DNA from: Carcharhinus longimanus
Lineage: Eukaryota
Assembly (NCBI GenBank): GCA_030264375.1
Contig: JASCQW010000119.1
Coordinates: forward strand, 8,482,137-8,546,136
Direction of reading: 5' to 3'
Length of the DNA: 64,000 nt
In this document: positions 26,561 through 40,170 of the stretch, in pieces
Position numbering within the stretch: the first letter of the stretch is position 1
How the letters are laid out: every line of letters starts with the position of its first letter
Program-made: the position numbers and the translations under genes
Notes under the pieces: generated by a model
Seen by the model: the letters and a program-made list of their open reading frames with translations, nothing else
Told to the model about the DNA's origin: nothing
The model's database searches: none

Positions 26561-28254
26561 CAATACAAAAGGCCGTACTGGTTATGTGCACTGGCTGAGC
26601 AAAATACTCCATCAGTGTACCCAAATAGACATTGGTGTGCGACAACGAGGTTTTCACGCAGAAAATGCATTGCATTATTAATGCAAGCCTACTTGTAACA
26701 TTAATAAAACATTTTTCTAAATAGAGAAACAAGTGTGCATCGAAGAATGTTCATCCTCTGATAATGATATTGTTTATTCAACTAATACTTACACATCTTC
26801 CCGGGTAAACTTATCGCCAATGAATAATATTTGGTCACATTTCATAGGCCAAAACAACATTGAATGAAGTCATTAGGCCAACTGCATCTATGCCAACACA
26901 GTAAGGGAACTGTTCGATATGACTATTCCCAACTCGACGTGAAATTGTTATCATCAAGACGACAGCATTTTTTAAAGTTATTTTGGGCCGCATATTCCCA
27001 AAGGGAAGAAAATTATGCGGATTAGTCTTTTAACGTTTTGCATCTTATAGTTACAACCTAATCCTCGACATGTGGGGACATTTTTATACATGCGCTCAAA
27101 CCGTTGTACTCCTCCCCCCCCCCCCAAAAAAAAAGACACCTGAGAAACGAGGAGGCAATTGAATTAATACAATTGCAAATAATGCATAAACGTAATGAAA
27201 TCATGCAGGACCCCGGACTCTCACAATCAAATTAAAGTTGGATGGTGTTCTTCTCCAATTCGTAGAAACAAAAAAAAACACTGACGGATTACTTTCTTAC
27301 TGTTACGGTACGAAAGTTATAATTTTGCAGGAGACTCAAGAGAGTGAGAGAATGATTCGGTATATAACAAGATTAGGTTCACACTTCGTACCTTTATTTA
27401 TCCTTACTTATCTATCCTTATTTATCTATGGTATACAATTACNNNNNNNNNNNNNNNNNNNNNNNNNNNNNNNNNNNNNNNNNNNNNNNNNNNNNNNNNN
27501 NNNNNNNNNNNNNNNNNNNNNNNNNNNNNNNNNNNNNNNNNNAAGTTTTAGTGTTGAAGAATCTTTAATGTGTTTTGGATTGTATTGAGTGCCCTGTTAA
27601 CATTCTGTGATCTAGGAGGTATTGTTTCGCGGACCAGACATTGATTACTTCTACTACACTTACAGAGGAAAAAATGCGACAAAATCGATAGTTAAGATGC
27701 CATGTGTGTATCATTTTTGTTCCAGTTTCCATGTCACACATGGCCATTAATTATTTTTCTTAAGGAAACATTTATTTGGGAGACTGGGACATGGCAGAAT
27801 AAACCGTGAAACCACATTAAAAAAATAAAATAATTGAAATAGTTCACTTATCACAAACAACTACAGAGTGGTGAATACTCTTCGCTCAGTACAGCTCGTA
27901 ACGAAAAACACTTCCCATGACGGGCACTCTCCCTATCCCCTTCAAAGAGTATTACAGATTCTGAGGATAAAATGCAGAGAACAATTTGAGACCGGATATC
28001 TGATTAGTTCCCATCGGCACAATTATATGCATTCCACCAAACAAGGTACTAATGTGGTCCAACATCCTATCGAATTACATAATCAAGGTGGAACGGTTCA
28101 TAAGCAGAAATTAGACAAAACACTTTCAATGCAAAAGTTGTTGCCTGGACACAGGACAAACAGGGCATACAAACAACTCAGCAAGTTTTAGGTTGCCGAC
28201 AGGAAGATTCCTGTGGCTCAATTAATCGAAATCGCACCCTGACTCCCACACGCA

Positions 28255-28365
28255 ACGTGCACACACTCACGCACGCGTGCGCGCGCGTGCATACAGACAC
28301 ACACACAGTCACGGACACAGACACACACACACACACACACAAACACACACAAACACACACACACT
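28255..28365. repeat. Imperfect (CA)n/(GC)n microsatellite
   Basis: Direct reading. Confidence 0.9.
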
Positions 28366-28557
28366 GATATTGTCGGAACGTGGGTACGTAATGTGCAATT
28401 ATTTAAAGAGATCAAGGTATATGTTTCACATATTACACTCTGAAATGTATTCTTGCTATCCTTACCAAATGATAAATCCCACATTTCCACCCTGTTGTAT
28501 ACTTAACGAGTAGAAAACTTGACAACAATAATTTGATCAATTGCACTTTATCCTCAG

Positions 28558-28584
28558 AACTTGAAAACTTCAAAGCCAAGTGCA
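28558..28584 (+). CDS. 27-nt phase-1 micro-exon, ELENFKAKC
   Basis: cactttatcctcag|AACTTG...AAGTGCA|gtaagt. Confidence 0.82.
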
Positions 28585-28799
28585 GTAAGTAACAGCTGAG
28601 ACGGTGAAAATGCACGCTCCTTAAGTCATGAAGAATATGCTGAGTGCAGCGTCAGAGAACGTCCAGTGTCAGGACAACCTTCTGACGAATACAATTTAAA
28701 TCTAATTTCTAAATTGGACACTAAATAATTTCCACATTAATACTAAAAGTCGAACAAACATTGTGTATTTGTTTCCATTTCACGACCATTTGCTTCATT

Positions 28800-31625
28800 G
28801 CAGTTCCTCAGGGATGGACATCTGCTGCTAAACTGATCTGGCCAATCAAAACTAGTTAATACGGCAGATGAATTTCGAGCTTGGATTCGTACTTGGAACT
28901 GTGACGCTGTTGCCTTAACAGAGATTTGGAAATAAAGTAAGTACGTACGTAAGGGCAGGACTGTCAGCTGAACATTACATTATGCAGATGTATCAAGCTG
29001 CATTATTTGAGATGTAAATATGGTGGGGAGTTGCACTACTGATTACGGAAAATATCAAACCTATACTTCTGGAAGACACATGGGAGGGCACATAGAGGGA
29101 AGCGATATGAGTCGGACTAGGATGGGCGTAATCGTAATGTTCGGGGTTCACTGTAGGTCTCCAAACAACTGGCGTGCGATAGAAGAATATCTAACTAAGT
29201 AGACTTTGGCAAGCTGTAAAAGTAACAGGGTTTTTGTGGTGGGTAATTTTAACTTCTATTCTATAGACTGAGACTCACTTAGTGCTTGAGACGTTGACAG
29301 GCAGAGCTTTATTTTGCAAAAGCATCCAGAGGGCTTTCTGAAGTAGTAAGTAGATGGCCCAACGAGGGTACGGACCGTCACAGACATGCTGTTGGCAATG
29401 AGCTTGTCCAGGTGATAGCAGTTCGGGATCAGTGACCACAATTCAGTAAGGTTTAAAGTGTTCATGGTTGATTATATGTTTAGTACTATGGTGAAGGTGC
29501 TAATTTGGAGAATTCTATTACAACAATATGATCCAGGAACTGCAGAATATAGATTGGGGGGCAGATCTTTGAGGGCAAATCATCTTCTGGCATGTATGAG
29601 ACATTCAAGTGAAAGCTGATTGGAATGCGGGAACGGCAAATCACTGCAGAGATGAAATATAAGTCTTGCACGTTTCAGGAATGCTTGTTAACTAGCGATA
29701 TTGTGAGTCTAGTCAAAAAGGACAAGGAACCATTCGTCAAAGCCATGAGATTTGGGAACACATAAACCAAGTGTGAAATACAAGGATAGCCGAGACAAAC
29801 TTAAACAAGATGTCAGGAGGGCTGCAAGCGTCAAGAACGTCAGTAGCCAGCTGGCTTCATGTAAATTGCGATTTTTTATATGCATATATACAAAGAAGCG
29901 TGTAGCCAGCGACAGGATTTGCCCACTCAAGGACAAGGGAGGGAATATATTCGTGGAACAGTTGGAAAGTGTGATGTACTAAATTAATACCTGCATTATT
30001 ATTGACCAAAGGGAAAGAATTGGCGGATGGTGAACGTGGGGAAGGCTGTGCAGATAGTTTGTGTAATGTTGAGATCAAAAAAGGACGATGCACTGGGGGT
30101 CTTGAAAAGCATTAAGTTAAACAAGCCACCATGGCCTTATAGTATATATCACACAATACAGAGAGCGGCAAGGGAGAACATGGCAGGGGCATTGAGAGAA
30201 ATCAATGTTTAGTCGCTGGCCAAGGGGTGTTCCAGAGGATTGGAGATGAATATAAATCCTGTTGGTCCTTTGCTTATGAGGATAGCAAGGATAACTCAGG
30301 TAATTGCAGGCCCGTGAGCCTTTTTTCAGTGGTAAGGAAAATATTGAAGAAGATTATTGGAGCCAGGATTTACTTCCACTTGGGAATAAGCGGATATATT
30401 AGCGGCAAGCAACATGGTTTTGTGAAGAGGTGGTCATTCTAACTAACCTGATCGATTATTTTGAGGAAGGGGCAAAGGTGTTTGCTGAGTGTGGGAGAGT
30501 GGAAATTGGCTGCATGGACTTCAGCAAGCCCTTTGAGAAGGTCCCTCGTGGAAGACTAGTGCAGAAGGTGAAAACGCATGGGATCAGAGGTGATCTGGCA
30601 AGGTGGATACAGAGCTAGCTTTGTTACAGAAGACACATTGTATCTGTGGAATGGTGCATTTTTGTTTGAAGGGTTGTGACTAGTGAAAAACCTTACAGAT
30701 CAGTGCTGGAACTTATTGGTATATCATTTTTTTAAAAAAAAGATGATTTGGAGGAAAGTGCAACTGATTGATTAATAAGTTTGCAGATTGAACAAGGGTT
30801 GTAGGGATTGCGAACAGTTATGAGGACAGTCAGAGTACAAATTAGGATATAGACTGGTGGGGACTTGGGCGGAGAGATACCAGATGGTGTTTTATTCCGA
30901 GAAATGTGAGGTAATGCGTTCTGAAATGTCTAATACAAATGGGAACAATAGAAATGATTGATGGGCAAGATGATTTGGGTGCACAGGTACAAAGTCACTG
31001 TCAGTGGCAACACAGAGCGGACAAGGTAATCAAGGTGTCGTATGAAGTGCTGCCTTCATCGGCTGGGCCATTAAATCTCAACCTTGGTAAGTCATGTCGC
31101 AGCTTAAGAGGACCTTAGCCTGGCTGTATTTTCAATAAAGTGTACAATTCTGGTCGCCACGCTACCAGATAGAAGTGAAAGATTTGGAGATGGTGCAGGT
31201 AAGATTTGTAATGATGTTGCCTGGTATTCGGGGCATTGCCTATTAGGAGAGATTGGAGAAAATTGATTTGTTCACACTGGAAGGAGAGAGTTTGTAAGAT
31301 TATGACGGACATGGACAGAATGGATAGTCAGAAGACTTTTCCTAAGCCAATTGCTAGGATCATCGATTTCACGTGCGAGAGGCAAGATTGAAAGAATGTG
31401 TCCAAGGCATTTTTTTTTTACACACATGACGTTGTGTGCCTGGAGCTTGCTTCCGTCAGAAGTATTGAAATCAGATTCGATGGTAACTTTTAAGGGTCAT
31501 CTAGACAAATAGAGCATGAACATAAGGAAATGTTCCCCTGAAAACTAGAGTTTAATTCTGACGGGCAGCATATTAGGTGAATGGTCAGAGGGCGGTAGGG
31601 CGAACTGCTGCGTTGTATACTTCTG
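28800..31625 (+). mobile_element. Degenerate CR1 ORF2 (APE plus RT) and 3' UTR
   Basis: VVGNFNF endonuclease remnant near 29235, GNCRPVSL, KQHGFVK, DFSKPFEKVPRGRLVQKVKTHGIRG; many stops. Confidence 0.9.
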
Positions 31626-32696
31626 TTGCTCTTTGTTCTTTCTTTGATCATTGGTGTGGTCTGATCCGACAAAGAATTATCAAGATTTGATGTTTTAGCT
31701 TTGTTCACTCTCCGCCAATGCTATCAGATTGCTGAGGATTCGCATTTTGTTTTCTTCCAACCACACTTCTAATCTCCCTATAGATTAGAATCAGTTCCTC
31801 TAAGAATGCCAAACCTTGTCCCGTCATCGTTTCTGGATCACTAACTGTTCATCCACACCTATTAAGTGAATCTATCACACTGACATATCCCAACAGGTCG
31901 CGAATCTGAACAGTCTTCTGCAAATTTCAAATGACACTGGTTGCAATTAATTGTGATGCCTGTACACCACTTTAACACATTTCCTGGTGTTACTCGACAC
32001 TTATATTTTGAGAGACAGCTACAATTGTGCGCCCGGACCATAATGGTCCAAGGAATGTATCACCAATTGCTTTGTCCAATGCAGTGAATGTGCAACCGAA
32101 CAAGCCATTTTTAAACTCGAAATCTTCACAGTCTTCCAAGAGTAAAGTAAACCAGATGATTATTTGCCAAATCTCTTGCATTCCCTCTTGCATAAAGAGA
32201 CATAATGATTCAAATAATTCTAAATGCCCAAATTGATTATACCACTGGAGGTAAAGCTATGCCACTCTGGAAAATTTCAGCTACGTATTGAAACACACAG
32301 TGTGTAGAAAAAAAAATCCATCCAATGCTTGCAATGTGAAAAAAATGCAGAGATTTTGTAGTGTATTTACTCACTCTGAATAAAGTATTAGCAAAATTTT
32401 GTCTGTGAACTAATAGATATCTGAAATGCAATCGGTACTGGCTACTCAGTCTTTCTCAGCAATGCACATGCGATTAAATTCTCCACGTAAGTTTAAAGAG
32501 TTCAATTTAAGACATTGAAAAGGCGTCATACAAATTTTGGCGATGTCTAACCCATAGTCAATGCAACGTTTATCCAAAAGCAAATCCTGTCTGAATTTCT
32601 CCGTCTTGCTAAAATTTTAATGGCTTAAATACACAGTGGAGGCATGCTTATTAATGACCACGCGACTAAACTGAGCCATTGACTTACTTTTTTTAG

Positions 32697-32723
32697 AAAA
32701 AGAGTTGGAAGTAAAAGACATTG
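32697..32723 (+). CDS. 27-nt phase-1 micro-exon, (K)KELEVKDI
   Basis: cttacttttttttag|AAAAAG...GACATTG|gtaaat. Confidence 0.78.
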
Positions 32724-32861
32724 GTAAATGAATGAAATATATTATGTATTTTATTTAAGACATCAATTGATGCCATTTTAATACTGTGACAGGATGCGTA
32801 TGAATAGTTAACGCTAGGTAACAGACAACATCTAACACATTGGAGGTATCTCCTTCCTTAG

Positions 32862-32891
32862 AACTCCAGAGGTTGAAAGAAACTCACAAAG
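32862..32891 (+). CDS. 30-nt phase-1 micro-exon, ELQRLKETHK
   Basis: tctccttccttag|AACTCC...CACAAAG|gtaaag. Confidence 0.82.
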
Positions 32892-33354
32892 GTAAAGGAA
32901 AAAAAATCTGAAATATGTTGTGTTAGTATGAGGGGCGTTAATACAGTTATGAAGCAAATATACATCATGAACACGCTCGCTTATTAAAGTCGCTAACAAC
33001 TAGTCAACAAACTTCATAACACCTATCAAAATGCTGAGTTACAATTGACATGAAACTTATCTCCAAAGACCAAGTTAACATTTCGTCTAAAAAAGTGACA
33101 AGGCGTGCTGGTGCTGCACAACAAACAAACGAACAAACCAAAAAAAAACAGCTCAATCAATTCCCTCAACGGCTACTCACAGTCTACAGTGCGATGCCTT
33201 GGGCGAGCTGAGTGCAGATCCAGCATCAATTAACAATTTTCACTCCATTCAGAAATCGGTAGATCGGAAAATCTTCCACAGCCATTCACTCCATGATTAA
33301 CCAGAATGTAATCTCAATGATCCATTCCATCTACAAGATGGGCTGCCAGATTTA

Positions 33355-33790
33355 AGTAGTCATCGTTCGAGGACATATTTTTTTTCCTCTGGGGCACAGG
33401 AGACGTATGGGTGATCTTAAAGAGCTCTGTGAAATACTGAAGGGGATACCGTAAATAGACAGTAAACAGATTTTCGCCAAAGGTAGACGATTCTCAATCT
33501 AGGGGGCATAGTTTTAGATGAGAAGGTTTGGATTCAAAAGAGTCCAGAAAGGCATTTTTTTTTTACCACACAGAGGATGGTTAGCATCTGGAACATGCTG
33601 AAAGGTGTAATAGTAGAGACGGGTACAATTTTGCCTTAAAAAAAAAGTTTCGGCAATTATTTGTATAAGCTAGCTATCGAGGTATACGCGCCAAGCGCGG
33701 GCATTTCGGGCATCTTGGTTGTTAGAAAAAAAAGGTGGTATGGACAAGTTGAGTGTTTCAATGCTGCAAGCTTCCATGGATCTATAACTG
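33355..33790 (+). mobile_element. CR1 3' fragment
   Basis: Remnant RRRMGDL...SRGHSF segment and 3' UTR. Confidence 0.7.
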
Positions 33791-34895
33791 TACGAAGGCA
33801 GGTTTAAAACCCACGACCTCTACCATATTGAATGAAAAAATGTTTCACTTAAATGATGAAACCACGTTGCCCTCGAAGTAATTCGCTGTCCTGATTTATA
33901 TAAGTATAACCATTCCTTTATTTTTACTGGATCAAAAAAAAATCGAGAGTACCTCGTCAATAGTACTTTGCATGTGCGAGTCACATGGACAACTATCGTT
34001 AAAGAGGGGAGCCTAACCACTTTTTTTTTGAAAAAACAACGAGTGATAGATAATAAATGTTGATTGTCTCAGCAACGCCACATTCGCCGAAGCTATGACA
34101 ATAACAACTTCAACTTCTCCGAAACGCACAGTTAAATGTAAATGCTGGCGGCAAGATCCGCATTCATTGCATTTCCCTCATGATAATCGAAAGGGTGGCG
34201 ATATATTTGCCCCATGTTTCCGGAAAACCCATTTCAGGATTTTGATCGAGTGATAATTGCGAAACTGATAAGAATCCAAATGAGGAGTGAATGTGATTGA
34301 TGAGGAAATCGCTGGCTGGCAGTCTACTTCATCTACTACCACCGCTGTTTGGTTGCTGGGTAATACCCCAACTTCCGAACATTTTCAACGAATTGACGAT
34401 TGTCTCCGTTTGTTCGAAAGGGCCAGACGTGCTAACCTGGATTGGAGACTTAATGAATGTTTGTGGTTATATTTCACTTTCATATTGTTCAGTATGACTT
34501 CCAATGTCAGAATGAGGCTGTAAACTTTCCCGTTCCACGCATATCAGTCAGTATTTAAAGTGGAAACACAAATATTGAGTAAATCAACCATCCATCTCCT
34601 GATATTAAATAAAAAAATGTCATGCGCAGAACAACTCCTCATCAATTAAATACCATCATTCATTGTCAACATTTTCAATTCACCAACTTTGATTGCTGGG
34701 AAAAAAAAATATTCACAATCCTTCAAACAGACTGTTAAAAAAAACGTAATTTGAGCATAACCCGTGCTGTCATGTGCTTGTTGATTTGAACATGTCCTCT
34801 GACGCATTCTGATAAGGCAGACATTCAATGAGGTTTATCGGAAATAATTTAGATATTCAGATATTTGATTTAATTTGTTTTTTTTTTAATTTAAG

Positions 34896-34925
34896 ATGCG
34901 GACGATGAGAGCGACATTATCTCTG
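34896..34925 (+). CDS. 30-nt phase-1 micro-exon, DADDESDIIS
   Basis: Long T tract, ttaag|ATGCGG...ATCTCTG|gtatta; weaker donor; purine/GC-richer island in AT-rich flanks. Confidence 0.55.
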
Positions 34926-35616
34926 GTATTATTTTATGAAAAATATTTGATTGTAAACGGTTGGTTCCATTTTCAAATCTGTTCTGTTTTAGTTTGTCAA
35001 TTTTACAGCTGATAAATTGACCAAAGATTCAGGCTACATCTCAGCAAAGCACTTCTCACAGGGTCTGCTAAATAAACTTGTCGAGGACAGAGTAAATGAA
35101 TTACAAACACAATTGTCACCACCACACATTCTTATAAACGAGAATGCTGCTTATTTCATTGTTTTGAACAATGCCACTTTTTTTAGAACGTGCAACTCGG
35201 GTGAATCATGCAATTATGACTTCCCCGGAAGGAGCAATGTTAAAATGGCTATAATGCTCCCGTATCAAACCAAAATAGTTCGCTGGCAAGAAGTGAACAG
35301 GGCACCAGCGGAGACTCCATGAACTTACTAAGGGAACTCCCGGGTATTTGTACAACATTTGCTCTTCCATTAGACCAGCCCTCCTGCGCAGCAGCACGAA
35401 TTCAGTGTGCTGCACTGGGACTCGACATACTTCAGCTTAAATAGACTGCTAATCTTCACGTTGTTTATCATTCATGGTTGAACCATGCTCCAGTTAGTGC
35501 CCATTAAGTTGTAACCTGATGGTTGGCTGACAGAAAATGTCCTTGTGCTTAAACTAGACGTGTAGCCAATTGCAAATGCTTTTTGTAGCAGAAATTTTGT
35601 TTCCCTTTTCTTCCAG

Positions 35617-35643
35617 AACTTGCCAAACTCCGTCAAAAATACA
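35617..35643 (+). CDS. 27-nt phase-1 micro-exon, ELAKLRQKY
   Basis: tttcccttttcttccag|AACTTG...AAATACA|gtaagc. Confidence 0.85.
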
Positions 35644-36789
35644 GTAAGCATCGACTTTGCAGTGCTGCTATTGATCTGTAATGTGATAACTTTTCCCCAC
35701 TGTTGAAAAAAAAAGAGGCTGCAATTATACTGCCGTGCTCGCAACAGAATTGGAACGAGCGCGGGGTGGACAATGGAAATTTCTTAATATCCAGTTTCTC
35801 ACGAGCAAGGCAGCAAAATCCCGCCCATGGCAAAGAAACCAGGGCTGGACGTAGTTAGATGGTGGACAGAACAACACAATCATTTGGAATATTGCCTTAA
35901 TGAAACATTCACGAGTGGGCATCCGAAATTGTGAAATGGGGGGAATTAATGTTTATGAGAATTAAACAGAAAGATAGAGAGAGGTAGAAAAATGATAGAC
36001 ATGTATGTGTGTGCGTAGGAGAGAGCTGCGTGAGTTTAATGTACGTTATTGTGTGTGAAAATAATCAGCATGCGTGGTTGAGTCATTATGTGTATGAACC
36101 AGAGTGTGAGCAAGTCTCTGTATGAGTTTTCTGTAAGAGAGTGAATGGGTAAATATAGGAGTGTTTGAATGAGTGTACGGTGTGTGAATGAGAAAGCGTT
36201 CATTGTTCCAATGGGAAGTTACTAAAATTACCCGGATTCATGGGTATGCAACATGGAGTGGACTCCGTCTGGCTGTCTGAATCTTAGGTGGACAAATGCG
36301 TTCATGTTTTTTTTTACTGCCCGCTATGCGAAAAGCCAGTATTATGTTGCACTGAATACAATCAGACTGACTAACCAGGAAGAAGTAATGGAGTAAACTG
36401 ATGTGCCCTAATCTCCAATCATTGCACTGTCCTACTTACTCAGATATGCCTCTAGCATGAAGTTAAATGGAAAAAAAATATTCCACATGGACTTCTGTCA
36501 CAATCATATGTATCTCAAACAATCTCATTTGGAATTGGACTCGTGTTATGTTCATCAGATTGCCTACCGTGTGTTCAACCAGCTTCATTGCTTCATGCGG
36601 TAAAAAAAAATCCACATTTGCACTGATTTTACGTGAAGGGTTCAATTGTTTTTCTTTTCCTAATCCCTCTCGCGTCATCACAACTTACCTAAAAAGAAGA
36701 GCGTCAGCGCTCTGTCTAGAATGCAGAAATATCGTTTTTCCACGTCATTCTCCCAAAATATACTTTAACAATTGTGTTTGTCTTAGCAT

Positions 36790-36985
36790 ATGATATGTTG
36801 TCATATTCAGCGCAAACTCCATATTCATGTTTTCTGATGACACCACCGTGGTTGTTAAGGATCTCAAAAAAAAAATCGTCGTGACAGGGTGTAGGAAAGA
36901 AACAGAGAATCCGGTGAAATGTTGCGACAGCGGGAAGCTCCCCTCAATTTCAGCACATCGATAGTCATCGACCTCAGGAAGGACA
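36790..36985 (+). mobile_element. Rex1/Babar-like RT fragment
   Basis: FSDDTTVV and IVIDLRK remnants. Confidence 0.75.
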
Positions 36986-37339
36986 ATGTTTATCCTTTTC
37001 ATAGGTGTTGGTGGAATACAATGAAGAACATGCTTGTGTGTGCGCTGCGACAACAACACATGCCATTCATGGTGTGCAAACTGAAGAAGGAAAGGGGAGG
37101 ACGCAGAAAATAAGTTACAGTAAAAACTATGCTTACAAGAAAAATATCGATTTAATACGTGGTATGCCCATTCAAATGCCTGATCGCAGCATGAAATCCA
37201 CTGTTCTGCAAACATTCGATACTTCATTTAAGATTACTGCACCTTTTTTTTTCTTCCCGATAGAATACGGTGACACGTATTATGTATGCGGTGTGTGAGT
37301 TAATTGATTATATTATCTTACTGTCCGAAGCAGCAAGGA

Positions 37340-38900
37340 TAGTAGATGAAGTCAATGGGTGAATGTTTGCTTGCGTGATACACTGGGCTATGTTCAAATG
37401 CCTTTGACATTTCTTTAGCTCTTGGTTAGAGTTTAAGTCAGTAGCAGTTTTTGATACATCGGGATAAATTGCCCTCGATGTTACATCTAAAAAAAACGGT
37501 TTGAAGAGCTCCAGCGGACATGTTGAATTTCCTGCATCCCCTGAGAAACTTTGTGGACTTTCATATCTACAGCCTCAACATGGATGGATCGAGGCAGGTT
37601 GTTTCTGGAATGGAAGAAACAAGTAGAACCCTGCAGCGATTGATCATTTCCCCGTCCGTCTACGTTGATGTAGGTAGGACGTGGTCACCACTTGCTTCCT
37701 GAAGTCGATGAATATTGTATTGAATTTGAGGGAGAACTTCCTGCTGCCGGAGCCTTCCACCAGATTCTCTACCTCTTTCCTGTATCCTGTCGCGACGTTT
37801 ATTTTTCTGACACACAACCAACCACGGTGGTGTCATCAGGAAACATAAATATGGAGTTGTGCTGAATTTGATCACACAGCCGTATTTGCATAACGTGTAC
37901 AATGATGGACTGAGGACACACATTCGCCGGACACTGGCGCTGGGGATGGTCGTGCAAAAGGTTTTGTTAATTATGCTTACTAAAGGTAGTCGGTGGATTT
38001 GAAAGTTAAGGAACCAGTCTCCAAGACGTGAAACGAGAGCTGGGCACTATGATTGGACATGAGGGATACTGATGCTGAAAGCTGAGCTGCAGTTCACAAA
38101 CGAAAGTCTGAGCTAAGTGTCCTTGTTATCCTGGTGATCCACGGTTTTAGTAGGGCCAAAGTGATGGCGTCTGCTGTGGATTTGCTGCAGCAAAAGCCAA
38201 CTGTACTGAGACCAGACAATCTGGAGACTGGAGTTGATGTAAAGCTTTTTCTAAGCATTTCATAATGATTGTAGAGAGCATGGTAGCACAGTGGTTAGCG
38301 ATGCTGCTTCATAGCGCCAGGGAGCTGGGTTCAATTCCAACTCATGTCACAATCTGTGTGCAATTAAACATTCTGCTGTGTCTGCGTGGGTTTCCTCCAG
38401 GTGTTCCTCTTTACTCCCACTGTCCAGCAAAATGTGACTTCGCCTGGTTGGTCATGTTACATTGATTTTAATGTCGCAGGTGGGTCAAAGGAACAGAGTC
38501 TGGGAGGTATTGTGGTAATACAGATTTGATGGGCCGAATAGCCTCCTTCTGTGCTGTAGCGAATCTCTCATATCAAATCCACCACGTGGTAGGCCTTAAG
38601 GATAGATAGTGTTTAATTGATGGATGGAGACGGTCAGAGACCTCAGTTCTGAGTATGTTGAGTGGAAAGATGTTTGTGAATATCTCCATCAGTTGGTCCA
38701 CGCAGGATCTGGGTGCCCTCCTGCTGCTGTATCCGATCCCATGAGTTGCCATGAGCTAACGTTCAAGAAAGCTAATCTGCCAGTTGTAATGCAATCTGTT
38801 CAGCCGAAAGCCTTACCGGGTGAATGTTGTCCTCTCGCTGACCACGTGAAACGGGCACAGAATGTGTTGAGTACACTGACAAGGGATGTTTTGTTGTTGG
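37340..38900 (-). mobile_element. Rex1/Babar-like LINE fragment interrupted by a SINE
   Basis: Reverse strand gives FPDDTTVV, VLSPSLYTL and SCVDQLMEIFTNIF remnants. Confidence 0.7.
38275..38570 (+). mobile_element. tRNA-headed SINE (HE1-like)
   Basis: tggtagcacagtggttagc...gggttcaattcc, V-like core tctgcgtgggtttcctccaggtg, CR1-like tail gatgggccgaatagcctccttctgtgctgtag. Confidence 0.85.
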
Positions 38901-40146
38901 ACATTCTACTCACATTCCCTTTGTTACCTGATATTTTCTATACACCTCTCCATAATCGATGTGTGTTCATATGGCTAGCCTGTGACTCTGGCATGCATCA
39001 GGACTGTTTTTTGGTATATTTGATTCGATTCCAAGCCTAAGTTCTGGATTTGTTGGGTAGGTCATGATGTTCGACTTGAATACTTCGCACTGAGAATTCC
39101 GTAAGCAGTAGATGTCCCTATTCTTCCGTGTTTTCCGTGTTGGAAACACATGTTTGCTTCCTTGTCATACAGTCTCTGAAACACTTTTGAATAAAGTCAA
39201 TTACTTTACTGATATGCTCATTAAAGTTGCGCGTTGTGTTGTGTTCAACATTAATCAGTCTACTGCCTCGAAGCAGTCACACAAAAGATCATCCACTTCC
39301 TCAGGCCAAAAATGGACAACTATCTTTATTGGATTCTCCGGTATCTGGAACACTTCCTTTTCCTGATGTGATTTACCAAAGTGTACACGGTCGATAAATG
39401 ATGCAGGCACGTTTGATGTTTTCACAACAATGTTTGTGACTGGTTGGGATACTGAACAAATAGGTAAACTTCTAGTAAATGATGTAGATATATACACAAT
39501 CATTCAACGTGAAATGCACAAGAAGTGAGGTAGAGTTTTTAATATTACCATGAAGGATGTTCTACTAACTTCTGTCTGCGATCGCGGAAATGACAATCAT
39601 TCGAACAAAATACCTTTTACATGAGGCAAATAAAAATGATATTTAACAGTAAATAAATTGCAGTAGAATTCAGCTTTCCTCTAAATATTATGCTACCGCC
39701 ATCAGTTGATTGTTGCATTTACAAAACATAGCAATACACCTAAAAATATATCAATTTTAGGCATGCACCAACAGGAGTTTTCTCTCTCAGCAGCCTATCC
39801 ATGCACCGTGCTTGAAAAGGCTTAGCCATCATTATTTTCCTTCCATTTGTCTCTGTGTTGCTGTTGGAATATCACGAGACCTGAACTATTGACGCCCAAG
39901 TCTGCAGCGCACGACAAATAGAAGTTATTCACCATGGAGAACAAAGAAGTTCTATAATGCCCAATAAAGTGCGTCAACTAGTTGATGTCCATGTATCCAG
40001 TCATTTTTTTTTGCAATTTTACATTCATCACTATCAGCATTCAATATCTGCAGTCTCAAACGAAAGCATGTTTTTTTTTAAATGAGAAATGGTTCTCTTT
40101 ACTGAATTAATAACTTTATTTATTCTGTTTAAATTAATATCGACAG

Positions 40147-40170
40147 TTGATGCCAGTGAAAAGATTTTGG
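40147..40170 (+). CDS. 24-nt phase-1 micro-exon, (I)DASEKIL
   Basis: atcgacag|TTGATG...ATTTTGG|gtaagt; yields the continuous coil ELAKLRQKYIDASEKILDLQDKLQD. Confidence 0.75.
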
